Source: Nageia nagi (Eukaryota; Plantae; Pinophyta). Taken from it: a stretch of DNA of 64,000 bases. Position 1 is the first letter of the stretch; each line of letters begins with the position of its first letter. Location: the NCBI GenBank assembly GCA_050084985.1, contig JBITNC010000002.1, forward strand, positions 36,642,001-36,706,000, read 5' to 3'. Of this stretch, positions 1 through 13,540 are shown one piece after another. Made by a program: the position numbers and the translations under genes. The notes below the pieces were generated by a model that worked only from the letters and a program-made list of their open reading frames with translations, did not search any database and was not told the DNA's origin.

Positions 1-930
1 ACTCATCATTACTAATCCCTTAGAGATAAAAGCCATGTTCTTAACAATTCTAACTTTCATATTCCAAAGGAATTCAATGACAATTCATTTGAACACTAAC
101 ATAACATTTCTCAATTGAGGACATTATTTTCTCTATATGTCATTGGAAAAAATATAGATGTGGCCTTCTAGGTATAAGTCATGACACATTCAAAGTTCTT
201 CATAATAATACATTAATGGTCCCTTTATGCATTTGCTTTTGCATCTTTTTTTTTTTTTACTTTTCAAGTTACACTAGCATTAAATCATTCTACATAACAA
301 TGAAACTCAAAGTATGATAAAATATAAGTACTTGCACATGTATGCTTATTGTATTTTATTTTCATGCATGTTTAACTAACAAACCTACTCTTTGACCTAC
401 CATCTACATTGTCATCAACCTTGATATTTTACCCTCATTTTGTATAATAAGAGAGTGGTTGCTACGATAACACATGTTGAGGCAAAAAGGAACTTCTACT
501 TCCCTTAAATAATACAAATAAGGGTTTGATCAAGCTTATATTGATGTTACTGATTCAATTATCAATGTTTCCACCAATTCACCTACCCCAATGCCTATGC
601 CCTCTAGCATTCTTTTTCATCATATCATGACTTACGATAGATCTACATGAATGAACTCATCCTTACATCCAAAATTGACCTTTTATACTCATTAAGCCTT
701 TCGACATTTAAATTCATTATAACTTGTTGATTGATATCAACTAAATATGCTTAAAATCAAATTGAAATAATTTTATGTATGAATATACTCTTAAGAGTAC
801 CATTTTATCTCATGATTATCTTTAATTATCTTTTTATTTAAAATTAAAATTATTTAGATATTCTTGCTTCATCATTAATCAAGATCTTTTACAATAGGAA
901 ATTATGTTATGGAGAGGAGGATTCTTTTGC

Positions 931-1440
931 ATCAACTTGTGAGACTTAAAGTCCTAAGAAATGTCGACACATTCATAAACTCATATCTTTTGACTTAAGT
1001 GCCTTAACACAACTTACATTAGAACTACTTTAGCAATTGTTGTCATAATTCATGGTCTACAGTCATTATCGTAGTTCTCGATCTTCAATCTAGTAAGATA
1101 AATCATTGAAATCTTTCTCAAAACCTTGATCCTTTGGCATTATATGATTCATTTATTAAAAAATGTCCATTCTTTACATTTAAATTTTGTTAAGGTTAAA
1201 TCATAAGTATGTTGCACACTCCAACCTCAACTTGTGAGATTTGAAATTCTAACAATAGAACTACTTTAACACTTTTTGTCACAAGTATTTATCCATTGTC
1301 ATAGTTCTCAATCTTCAATCTTGTAAGATAAATCATTAAAATCTTTCTCAAAACCTTGATTATCTAGCATTATATGATTCATTTATTAAAAAAAAAATTA
1401 CATTTAAATTTTGTTTAAGGTTAAATCATAAGTATGTTGA
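931..1440. repeat. Diverged tandem duplication (about 931-1215 and 1227-1440)
   Basis: Shared blocks tcaacttgtgaga, gtaagataaatcatt.aaatctttctcaaaaccttgat, gcattatatgattcatttattaaaaaa and aaggttaaatcataagtatgttg. Confidence 0.8.
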
Positions 1441-4400
1441 AACCTTTGACCTTATTTTGCATGCTCGTCAACATATCTACAATCGTAACACATCCATATT
1501 AATAAGTAACTTTGATTATAGATCAATACAAACAAAGTTCCCTTCTAATACCAAACTATATGAATAACTACATACACCATTATATTTTAGTGCATCATAC
1601 ATTTAGTATTTAAACAAGTAATAATTAAACACAAAGCAATATACCAAGATCGAAAAAAATAAATAAAATATAATAAAATTATAGCAAATCATTTATGCTC
1701 TTAGTATTAACTTTTTACTTCACTTAGTCACTTAGATCTAATATTTGGTTTACTCGATTAAATTGGGGTTTGGTGCTACATAATGACACTTAAGATGTAT
1801 TTGTTTATCTTGAGTGTACATGATTTTAACCAAACTCATCTATATAAATAAATTTTATTTCTAAATATCCAATCCACAATTTGTGAAATCCATAGAATTT
1901 GTTTCGATGAATAGATATTATATGATTAAATGCAAGGTTGGAGTTGAATTCATTCAATAACTATCTTTATGTAATGATTATTTCTTTTACTAATTTTTTA
2001 TATGAACTTATCATGGATTTGTTTTGATTACCTTATTCATCTAATTTAAAGGTAATTAATTTTGATATCAAACTAGGCCTCAAAAATTAAACTAATTATT
2101 CATTTTTAGAATATATTTTTTTACATTATTAGGATACATCAATTAGAAAACATATACATCAATTGAATTGAATGGTTAAGAAGAGATATTGGCTAAAATG
2201 AAATCAATGCTAATCAAAGTTGAAACTTTTCTGTTCAAACCAAATTTCTTTTTATTGATACTTAGTATGAAAATGTAAGAATTTGTATTTCTTTACTAAA
2301 ATTGATAAACTTTTGATTTACTATAGAACAGAATCCCATAAAACTATTTATAAGATATAATCTAACGTGTAGTACACATTCAATATCAAGCTTCTATTAT
2401 AAAATATATAAAATTATAAATAATTTAAATTTTGTAAAAATAATGATGTCCATTGATCTAAATAGTACTACCAGTTAAATACATGATAATTTTAACAAAT
2501 AATCTTTTTATTTTATTTCAATGAATAAATAAATTTAAGATATCCAAATAACTTACATGTAAAAGAATATATTCACAATTACAATATGGTCCAAGATGTT
2601 TATGATCAAGAAAGAACGCTTGATTCATTAATTGAAATCATATTAATATCTATTGTTCCATTCTTTTAGATGAATAGAACAGAGAAAGATAAGATTGACC
2701 CAAGCATTGCCTTCCCATGGATGAATAATGTATAAAGCTTTTTTTAAACTTTAATTTCTCTATAGTTATTTATTACTTACATACATAACTAAATATGTTT
2801 TATTATCCTACTTTGAAGGGATGTGTATCCAACCAAGTCCAAGGTAAATATCTTGATTTGCATGATCACAAATATAATGTTGTAATCATGGAAAATCTCT
2901 TTTGATATTGATAAATATTTTAAATCAGCAAATTTTAATGACCATAGTTTCTCATAATATAGTTTTATTCATTTAGAATTTGCTATTGTTTTGTAAAAAC
3001 AAATTAATCTATTAACTAACAACCCAAGTGATGATTGAAACATAATGGAACCCACACAATCCAAACAATAACAATTTCACTTTAACAACATTAGTAATTG
3101 ATCGACACTCGATTGAAAACGTTTAGTGACACATAAACACAATTTACAATTCAAATCCCATTGGTAACTTCAATTCAAGCCTCAATACTAACTTCCATGG
3201 TTAAAATAAAGACTAAGATTCACAAAATCTTTTCAATTTTATGATGAAAAGAAATGTAATTAATAATGTAATTTATAACAAATTTTAAGATAAATTCTAC
3301 ATACATAAAGTTCAAGATGGTATTAATATTGATTTTCTTTATGATATTCTTTCCAAGGAATTTATGATTTAATAAATTACATAGTAAATTCAAACAAATG
3401 TTCCCCACAATTGGATCAATTAAATTTTCTTATTATTCATTCTGCAATTGAATCTACATTGATAATAAATTTCAAAATCCACGTCCATTACATCTAAGCA
3501 TTAAATCATTAGCATGCTTGCATAATCCATTATATTTTTATAAGTTTTAAATATTCTATATTAAATATAAACCATTACAAATAATTAATCTTCTAATAAC
3601 AAAAGCTAACCATAATTTGTTAAACTATTAATCAAATTGTGGGCTTTTCCCAAACATCCAATTATAATTACTCCAATGTTTTATTGAATTCCTTTTGCTA
3701 CCAATACTCAAAAGTTAAAAAACTCTTAAAAACTATTTTTCAAAATAATCCTAAGATCAAAGTGAGGGCATATCAAGAGTGATTCAACTTCTAGGATATT
3801 TTTCATAAGTGCTCTTGTTGACTCCCAAGATATTACCTTCTGTTATGCTACAAGCGTTCTAAATAAAATAATAACATTTCTCTTCTTGATTAATTGCTTG
3901 TATAACTAAATGAGTTACAAAAAAATTTCAACATGTCTTTTCAAACAATTTCAAATGCAATTCAATACTTCAATCCTAATACTCATATCATATTCGTCTT
4001 AATGAAGAGTCTTACATAGCTATTACTCTATCAAAATTATGAAATAGCTCCAATCTCATCATCTACATATTATTAGCCTTCAATAATAATAATAAAAAGA
4101 TCAACATCTAACATATTTTAAACCTATTGATTTGTAGGACCTATCAAGAGTTTTTAAATATCACAAATGTAGGAGAAGAGAGTAGAACCTAAGATGTTCA
4201 ATGTAGATTCCTTCACACCCACTTGTCTCCCAACTTCCCTAACAAAAGGTGCTAGTAAAATATTTTAAATTTAGCATATGATAATATTACTTACAAAGCA
4301 AAACAATCAACATTAAGACTCAAAAAGAATGTCTAAAATGTGGCCAATTAATGACCTTTGTACTAGATCTTTAATGTCTTTCTTATCTCAAGGATGAACT

Positions 4401-4470
4401 TTTGTCAACACAACTTATTCTCAACAATAGAGCTCCTTACTAAGTCCTTCGCATGAGAGCTCCACTAGTA

Positions 4471-7400
4471 TTTTTTTTAATAGATTGAAGGTGGAATTTT
4501 GAAGATCCCAAACATTTTAGAAAATGTTTAAAGATAGTTCACGTAGTGATATTGAAATACCAAAACATGTCTTTCCTACTAAATCATTGATATACCTACT
4601 CGATATATATACATTATACTAGAACATAGGAATTGTGTTTATCCAAAACTTGCCATTATTTCGGATTCTTGGTCAACTCCTCCGTGAGCGTTGCAATTGC
4701 TTGGATTTGCATTTTTACCTCTATCATTGTTTGCATCTTCAACTTTTCAAATTATTCTACCGAGTCCAAGAGCTCCAAGCTAGTACCAAATGCTTTGTCG
4801 AAAGAACTTTGTCCCTTGACTTCACCCACCCAAATGGTTGCTTTCTTATCCCCTCTTCTTGGTTCTTGACCGTTTCATCTCTAACTTTGAACTTTGTGAC
4901 TTCATCTCCTCTTGTTGTGCCCCATCATCCACATCTTCTGATATCAACATAAGACTTTGTGGTCTTCTTCCTCAATTTGTATCTTCTTGTCACCTTGTGA
5001 TCTTGGTCTCCTTTTGGCTCATGCTTCTCTTCCTAAACCGATTCATCCTGAAAATCTGCATCCATCACACTATTGTCCTCTTCCTAAATCGGTTCATCCT
5101 AGCGGTTTGCATCCATGGTAAAAGTATCCTTTGCCTCCGAAAGAGGATGGTTGAGACTCTCTTCTCTTCTTCCTTCGCCCCTTTTTCCTAGTTCTTAATG
5201 CAATTGTTCCCTCTTGGGTCCAACTTTTGTCGCTCCTCTACTCTAACACATGCTTGAAGATGACCAAGACCAAACCATGGTGTATTGCGTACACTATATT
5301 TCCTTTACTAACCAACTCCATTGCTCTATCCAATTCATGCATCAGGAAATTAGGGACATTCACCTTCTTCCCCTAGTGTATATCATTGAGGATTACAAAG
5401 TGCTAACCATAAACTCATGACCAGTTCATGTTTGGAGTGAAGTAATTCATCATAGTGGTTGCACTTTTCAACCAAGTATGAAACAAGAATTCTCTCACAA
5501 TCCCTTTATTTTCCCACCTAGGTTCTCCCCTCGTTGGAAGAAGATTTTGATTTCCACCACCAACAAATGTTTCTCTCATTTAATCTTCTCTTGAGTTCGA
5601 CATGCTGGTAATCTACTGAAGTAGCTTCATGTCAACGTCAAATTCAATGCCACAAACTTTGACCCTTCCCCCTCCTAATAAGAACTATAATGGAAGACTT
5701 GCAGGTAAGGGCGTGGAATCAACTACTCCCTCCGAATTTGGCTATATTCACAACTCTTTTGTTCACTTCTTGGAGGATCTACTCCATTCTCAACATGGCA
5801 ATATGTTTGGCAAGCTTAAAGGTGTCTAAATATTGACTTGGGGACCCCATGTGTCCCATCACTATGCACCAACTCTGAATCTACTGCAAATTTGACATCC
5901 CAAATGAGACTGGTGTTGAAATCATTCCTTCCTCATGTGCATGTTGCTCCATCTTGTTCTTTGTCTCGTGACACACCTAAGCCATCACAATTCCTCTTAC
6001 GTGATATGATTTGGTGAAGTGCCTCATACCAAGCTCTTTCCCCATGAAACTTTGTGCCATTGCTCATAATCATTCCCAATGTGATAGGTTGATTTATCCC
6101 AACTCTCCCCTTTTGAAATGCCAATAAAACCTATCAACCAGGAATTTCTTATCCCCTCATTATTGTCTCTCTAAAGTCTTGATATTGTCATCATGGGTAA
6201 TGCTCTGGATGCTTTGAGGACAATCCTCCTCCCACATGGTAAGATCTCTACTTAGAACTCCTTTGTTAGCCATACCATTAGTTACCCTATATTTGTGTTG
6301 TACCACAATAGTTTCTAATCCATTCAACACGGTTTGTCTACTCCATTAATGTCTCAATACTCTAGCCAGCCAATCGTTCCCCCTTTAGAATATTAATTAT
6401 GTTCTTAAGAAGTCCCCTTCACTCATTATATTCTCCCAATTCTTCTACATAATGAGAGAAATCCCTCTATATGTTGTCCTTGCCCCAATAAAGTGACTAG
6501 TCTTCTCCCCCAACAACTCTACGAAGGCTAGTACTATATTACCAAGGTGACCTTTGACCAATCCCTAGCACCAACCTGCTTTGAATTTCCTTAAGGCTTC
6601 ATCAAAATTGAGCTTGAGCCAACCTACTAGAGGTGATTCCCACTACACTTGGTTCCTAGAATGTTTTCTAAACCATGTGAGAGAATGAACTACACCCCTC
6701 TCTCCATCACCCTCCTTTCTTAGTTTGACTCCCATCCTCCTTTGAATTTTATTACGTTAAAGTTTTTCATGAGGTTGCTCACTCTCTCCCATACTATGGT
6801 TCAAACTCCAATTTGTTGTTTCTAAAAATACAATGGTTTCTTTCCTTCCATATTCCCTGTAGAACATGTGGGAAACTCATTTTCCAAAGTTTTGTTAACC
6901 TTTTGCTTTTGAGAGGGGCTTCCCATTGGAGACTCAGGTCAAGCATTGTTCTAGGAAGGGTCAATGAGACTTGAAATTTTTGTAATACCTGGAACGAAAT
7001 ATTCTTGGCAAAGGAGCATTTTAGAAACATATGGTTTACACTTTCTTCTTGACTTTCACACAAGGCACACCTATTGGGAACGTTAAACCCTCGTTTCTTG
7101 AGGTTGGCAAGAGTAAAATTTTTATTTTGGACAACCAATGAATGGAAGATAGAGATCTTTGCTAAGATGTCTTTCTCCTAGATTTTGTTTGCTTGAGGCC
7201 ATCTTCTTCCCTCCCCTTAAATTACTTCGTAACTAAAAATGACTGCATAGCCCCCATTCTTACTCTAAAAACCAGATGAACGAGTCCTCTGGGCTCAATG
7301 GGCTTAGAAAACATGCTTTCAAATTTCTATTAAGATTGTCCAGGTGGTTTCTAACCTTGCAGTTCAAACCTTCTACTTGCAAAGATTTACATACTCTTCT

Positions 7401-8242
7401 ATTGTTGACCTTTGTTAAGTAGTGTTGGATAAGCTCACCATACAAAGGTTCTAGCAAATATCTCAGAACGTAGGAATTTCACAAAGAGGCTTGTCAAAGA
7501 GCCATTTATTTGACCAAAATCTTACCTTTGATCCATCTCCAATCTGCCATCTTGTTCCATTCTCAAGAGTGTTCTTCACTACTTGGAGGTTGTTCCAGAA
7601 ATAAGAACCCCTAGAGGGGTTATTGATTTCCGTGAAGGATGAGTCTCTTTAAGTATTTAGGTTTAAAAATATGCAACCAAGGGAGGTCTTCTTCCTTAAC
7701 CAGTTTCCATCCAAAATTCCCCCTTAAAACAAAATTCATTCTTCTAAGTTTTTGGAAACCAAGCCCCCCAACTTCTTTCCTAGAGCAACATTTGTCCCAA
7801 GCCACCAGGGCAATCTTCCGTTTCTCCTTTATCCCTGCCCAAAGAAAAGATCTCTGAATCTGTTCAATTTTCCTGCACACTGCCGTTGGTGCCGTTGGCA
7901 TTTTGAAAACGGACATAAAATAGATGGGTATGCTTTAAAGAAAGAATTCTAGCAATTGCACCTTCCCAGCTAGACCGAGAAGTGCTCCTTTCTAAGAAGA
8001 AAATTTTTTAGCAATTCCCTCTATCGCTGAATTCCAGAACTCTTTTTTTTATTCTAACTCTGAAAGGAAGCATACTCACGTAAAATGCCGAGAAATCCCC
8101 TATTCCACAATTGAAGATTCATGCTAGCTGGACTTGGAGAGTTAAGGGAGTATTCAATAAGTACAATATACTCTTATTAAAATTAATCCTTCTGCCCTGC
8201 CGCTTTCTCATACAAGTCCAGAATCTCTTTGATATGTTTAAC
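4471..8242 (-). mobile_element. 5'-truncated, degraded L1-clade LINE (end of RT, zf-RVT, RNase H) with an extra 3' ORF
   Basis: Minus-strand fragments: KEILDLYEKAAGQ.INFNKS; RSFLWAG...VAWDKCC..KEVGGLG; NRCALCESQEESVNHMFLKC..IWKERN; WESPLVGWLKLNFD (RNase H, about 6600). T8 run at 4471-4478 is the likely poly(A) tail. No TSD found. Confidence 0.85.
4656..5859 (-). pseudogene. Degraded extra ORF ('ORF3') of the first LINE
   Basis: Manual translation: GRVKVCGIEFDVD...KGIVREFLFHTW...MMNYFT...HFVILN...KVNVPNFL...HHGLVLVIF, an acidic tract, TRRYKLRKK, and a coiled-coil-like end at TAA 4658-4656. Collinear with the ORF at 33981-32228. Confidence 0.7.
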
Positions 8243-8966
8243 CTGCAAAAAAAAAAGCAAATGGAACTTTACGTCTATTAGAGATAAATGACAAGACCCC
8301 GCTGTTTTTTTTTCTCTTGCAATGGATCAAAAATGTTTCAGTATTCATAGAGAATCAACACAACCGCAATTTTCTGAAAATATGGACCCCATTCAACTGT
8401 TATAGTGTGAAGCCAATGTTTGAATTAATGGTTGGCATTTCTTCTCAAAGTCCAAAAGAAAATTGAACACCAATTTCGTTTCTTTTTCTTGCTTCAGATG
8501 GATTTTAGGTTCCTTAAAATCACTTTATCCTTTTTTTCAAAGTCATATTCCGATGAAGTTCCTCACTTTCATTTGTCATGCATGTATAACATGAATCACA
8601 CTTCCATTTAACAGAAACAACAAAATTCAAATTGACAAGACTGCTGGTATTGACAATATTCTCTGTTCTTGATATTTACATGTATATAAACATTGCAAAA
8701 CGTGCAAGTTAAGATCTTGTTACAAAAAAATCGTTCACATTTTATAACATTCGACTTGGATAAACTTTAAACTGATAATAGTAAAGCACAAATAAATACA
8801 TGCTGGAGAAAATGCCAAGGATCTAAGTTCTTCTCAGGATACATTACCTAGATGTTAGATTGCACCCATAGATATTCATTATAAACGCTATCAAATTTCA
8901 CTCAACACATGGTGTACTTGTAGTTAAAATAACTATAGATTACAAAAGAGTTACAATATGAGAGGC

Positions 8967-9322
8967 CTAATTCCTTGAATAATTTTTGGAAACTTCTGCT
9001 TCAGCTTCATCAAGTTCATCTTCATCCATTACTATAGTATCATCAGAATCTGCATCACTCTTAGAAGCATCAACCTCCTTGCTCCTATGTAGTGCTCCTG
9101 AAGATTGGTTATCAGAACCTGTTTGATCCTTTTTTTGTTTTGCTGGAGCACTTTTCTCAAGTTTTCAAATTCAATTTCATAGAGTTTTCGAAAAGCATGG
9201 GCCCTCTTACACAGCTCGTCTCTTGATATTGTTTGTGAACCCTTTCTGGAATCTTCTAGTGCCGCGATTTCTGTAACTACTCGAGGAATGAATTCCCAAT
9301 TATCAAGCACAGTATGAACAGA
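8967..9322 (-). CDS. XRCC1: XRCC1 last coding exon, with an apparent 1-nt frameshift
   Basis: ctgcag|TCT gives SVHTVLDNWEFIPRVV. The conserved acidic tail DSDDTIVMDEDELDEA...TAG (8969-8967) is in the -1 frame; the unshifted frame stops at 9032. Confidence 0.85.
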
Positions 9323-9462
9323 CTGCAGTATATCACAAGTATGAGTATTATGAAAAAAAATTACAACATTGAATTTGATACAAATGTATATTCTCAAAGC
9401 CCCAAAAGCATAAACAAAGACTTAGATCTGCATATTATTCTCCAGTAGAAATAAGAGCCCAC

Positions 9463-9549
9463 CTTATTCTCCTCCAAACATTTTGTTGTGTCCTCCAAAC
9501 AAGCTTCGATACCCTGAATAGCTATTTCCTTCAGTTCACTTGGCTCAGG
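9463..9549 (-). CDS. XRCC1: XRCC1 exon following the 41.7-kb intron
   Basis: tttcag|CCT...AAG|gtgggc, 87 nt. PEPSELKEIAIQGIEACLEDTTKCLEENK continues the plant XRCC1 pattern PEPxEIKxIAAEGILTCLQDAI. Confidence 0.9.
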
Positions 9550-11007
9550 CTGAAATCATTGCAAAGGCAATGTATTACTTATTGAATGGTATCTCATTTT
9601 TATTCTTATCTCTATATCCTCAATTATTGTTTCGACTCTCTTATCCATAACAAAATCTTTGCCTCGTGGTTTGAAGAATTCAAGCAAGAAATGTCATTGA
9701 ATTCTAATAATAATATAGCCAGTCCAATGATTATACATGTATCAGCGCATTTGCGACAATTAGATACTCTATATCACAAATCAAACAGCAAGCAAAACAC
9801 TTCTGATGGAATTAATAAGAAGGTGCATCTTAAATAGTCACATCAAAAACAAAATCCAAAGCAAAAAGACTAAAACATTTCAAATGTCACCAATATCAAG
9901 CAACAAAGCCAACATGTAATCAATATCAAGCAACAAAATAAAACCAGAAGCACAAAACAAGATCTAAAAAAAAACTACAAAAGCAGCATAAAAAGGAAAA
10001 CATATCTCAACTAGCATCACAGGCAAGACGTGTGCCTGATATGTAACCCCCCAGTGGCTATCAGTATTTAGACTCTTTTTAAGTACAAGAGATCTATTGT
10101 AAAGCATAATGCTCAATGTTAATGCAGTGACAAACGTTGAAGGCGCCAACATTGAATGCTAGCTAATGTGGTCCACCTCACTGTATGTGCTTAAATAATT
10201 AAGCCTATAAACATAAAATCTATTCATGTAATGGGAGGAGGATCTCAGAAAATAAAAGTTAGAAAGTTACTGATGAACAATGGGTTGCCAACAATAATTG
10301 CATCATTTACCTTTCAATGATAAATCACTTTGTGGCAGCTTTCATTTACGCTTAAATTTATGAACATTTTCAAATAAATTATAAAACAATAAATATATCA
10401 TTCACCTTTCCTATGTTCAAAGACCAATATTCCACCTATCTCCACCAGTCTTCGATTCAAGAATCACCTAGCCACTTGTGCCTAACATGTTTATGCGACA
10501 ACTTGACCACATCATCCTAAATTTAAGGATGTTGAAAGTTTGAAACAACTTCCAATTTTCTCTCATAAATATATCTTCCACCATATGCCATACACCTAAG
10601 ATGCTGCATCTAGTTATTTATCAGCTACAACCAAGTCAAATCACATTAACGTATAGTCATAATGGTACTAGCAAATGAGATGATTATAATCATTCTTAAT
10701 TGCAAGAGTCGCTGTGTTTCTACAACGAGTCACTTTATTACTAAACGACAAGTGTTTGCTTAAAACGCCTCTCCTACAGAATTTTTCTTTTAGATTATAG
10801 ATCAGCAACAATATCACAAGGAAACTCTCTCCCTACACATGCAAGGGAAGAAAGAAACTAGGCTAGAGCATCAAAGGTTGATGATTCAAAATCTTTTCAC
10901 AATCACACAAACTTAGGTTTTACATATAGAGGCAAGTTGGTTTAAAATACCTCAGATACACAAAGCTAAATGGTGAACTATTTCTATCTATAAAAAGGGG
11001 GAAGAGA

Positions 11008-11225
11008 AAGAAATGCCTCCATCTATATTTAGGCTGGCATCTATATCTAGGGTGGGTGAGCTTAAATAATAAGAACTTGCATTTATGCTCTCTACCTATT
11101 TGTTGAGGGAATCGTTGCTCGATTCCTCACTTGTGAGAAGAAAAAGAAATGCCTCTATCTATATTTAGGGTGGCCTTATTATTTCCTAAGCTTAAATAAT
11201 AAGAACTTGCATTTATGCTCTCTAC
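11008..11225. repeat. Short direct duplication inside an old degraded repeat
   Basis: aagaaatgcct..atctatatttagg and gcttaaataataagaacttgcatttatgctctctac each occur twice, about 130 bp apart. Confidence 0.7.
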
Positions 11226-11451
11226 AATATGTTGATCTCCATAGGACCTATCTTCCTTTTTAAGCGAGTCTCATTAATTAACAAGGTCAAGTGCCTCTCA
11301 CTTTCATTTCTTTTCATAATAGGTCGTCCGACGGAAAACAGTTTTTTAATGGAAAAACAAACTATTCATAAGCAAGGTTATATTTAGTATTAACAACCAA
11401 TCCCATAGGGGAAAGCTATTTTTGGTTGATACACTAATAATAATAGAGGCA

Positions 11452-12886
11452 TGTAATATTCTAAACCATAGAATAAAAAAACGCCGTTTAAACGCAAAAA
11501 ACGCCATTTTTGAAAAAATCTGTATTTTCCTTCAAAAAATGCAAAAAATGCTGTTTTTTACTAGCAAAAAATGTCATTTTTAAATAGGCAAAAAATGTTG
11601 ACCGTAGGTTGAAAACATGGCTGTTTTTACCATTTTTTCCGTATTTTCCGTTTAAATGTCCAAAAAATATAAAAGGAGAATATACCCCTTGCCGTTTTTT
11701 TGGCCGTACCCGCCGTTTTTTCCTCAAATTTGGCAATTTTTTTTTGTTGCGAATTTTGGCATTTTTTGTCCGTTTTTTCACCCTTTTTTCCGTATTTACA
11801 AATTTAAAACCCACGAATTTTTGCTGTATTCAACGTATTTTGACCGTTTATTGGCCGTTTTTAAATCTTTAGACCGGAGCCGTATTTTCAAAAAACCGTT
11901 TTTTCATTCTATGTTCCAAACTAGGAAAATTAGAAATTATCACAAATTATATCAAGAAAAATGCAAACAAGTCAAATATGGATGCCAAGAACTCAGATCT
12001 GATATTATTGATGCTCAAATGGACAAATACAATGCTCAAAATGTAGCTACAAAGGCCCAAAGGGCTCAACATCTAGCTTACTGGCCAGATCTAGTGCCCC
12101 AACTCCTCCAAAAGGCTGATGTCACACTCTTGGGCTGATGATCTCACTAAACTCAATGTTGAAGGGCTTCTCACAAGGTGTCCGGAGCCTAATGAGGCTT
12201 CAAGAATGGTAGGAGCTTGATGAGGCTCCACTGAGGGCACGAAAACTTAATGAGGCTTCCGAACCTAAAAGTCAAAGGTGATGTTGGCCAAATTGGCAAA
12301 TAGATGATTGAGTAAACAAAGATGTATTCTTTCCATGCATCCATCCCTCTTATAGCTAAACACCTCATTGTGGGATCTAGATCCCACCTAGGAATCATGC
12401 AAGGCTAATACAATCTCCTAAATCTATTCCAAATACTCCTACACACCCCTAGAAGAGGGATGTCTCACTCTAAGGGTGGGACCCCATGGAGGGGGGCTTC
12501 CTAAAAATCTAAGAGGGTGCTGCTGAGATTTTTTAGGAATATTTTAAAGGTAGTGGTTTCATAAATTAAGTGTGTTCGATGACTTCAAAATTTCAGCTCC
12601 AAAATTTAAGGAATATTTTCTCTTCATGTTTTTTCCTTCCATTTTATTTAGGCCAAAATATACCAAATGTTTGACAAATGGCATAAGGCTTTCTTAAAAA
12701 TTTCCTAAATTTTCTAAGCGGGTGGGACAATTTCCAATTAATCTTGTAGCCTAAATTATTTTGCTTCATGGCAACTCCTGCTCCATAAAAATAGATCCTG
12801 TAACCCCCCATGGGATCCCACCCTAAGTGGCCCAATGGTACCATTACAATATATAAATTATATATCCCAAGAAGATAGGCGTCACA
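11452..12886. mobile_element. Degraded solo-LTR-like segment interrupted by the MITE
   Basis: Begins TGTAAT and contains a gagggatgtc.cact motif like other LTRs in the window. Right end and TSD are uncertain. Confidence 0.35.
11467..11913. mobile_element. hAT-type MITE (447 bp)
   Basis: TIRs CATAGAATAAAAAAACG / CGTTTTTTCATTCTATG; 8-bp TSD TTCTAAAC/TTCCAAAC; many internal CCGTTT/CCGTA motifs. Confidence 0.85.
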
Positions 12887-13540
12887 CCAAGATATCCTCT
12901 ATAACGGAAGATAATTGTGAATTTCCACCCGCGCAACTATAGAATATTGGGCCATGGCATGAACTTCAAAGTGCAATATCGCCTTCGTCTCTTGATGGAA
13001 CCCCATTGTGTAACCTATCAAAACATTTGGTGTGAGATGCTCTATCCATTTTAGAAGATGAATTATCAATTCATGGCTTATGGCGCAAGTTATGTAATAA
13101 AATATGTTTTTCTGTAATTTCCCATTTTGGAATATTACAAGGCAAGTGTTTAAGAGTAGCATCCTAAGAACCAGCAACCTGAAAGAAAAAGCTCACTCTT
13201 AAGATTGCCCTATTATTAACAATTATTTAGGATTTTTCTTAAATGTTGTAGCAAATCCTTATTTAATAAAGAAGGCAGCATGGCTCAATTGAACAAAGTG
13301 TTTACCTTATTATAATTTACAATAACCTTCGAGCGCTTAAATAATAATATACAGGTAGGGCAATTGATAATAGTGAGGCATTGCTTCATATCCTTGTTCT
13401 CTTTCCTATTTTTAGGACTGGATCTTTACTGGCATTATACATGGGGGGCCCAAGACAAAGCGCCAATGTAACTTCACTAAACAACCACTAGTTTTAAAAA
13501 GCTCCAATAGTTCCTACCCACACCTAGTAGGCTTATTCAT

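Noticed and set aside
1500-4460. Possible Helitron/PIF1 helicase remnant on the minus strand
   Set aside because: Only vague motif hints (e.g. IIIGCLGK) in very AT-rich DNA; not supportable without an HMM search.
4633-5191. Plus-strand hydrophobic ORFs
   Set aside because: Antisense shadows of the purine-rich LINE ORF3.
9125-9170. Programmed -1 ribosomal frameshift in XRCC1
   Set aside because: No correctly phased X_XXY_YYZ heptamer and no obvious stimulatory structure; an indel is simpler.
11488-12138. Overlapping Lys/Phe-rich ORFs
   Set aside because: Produced by the A/T runs of the MITE; no recognisable domain.
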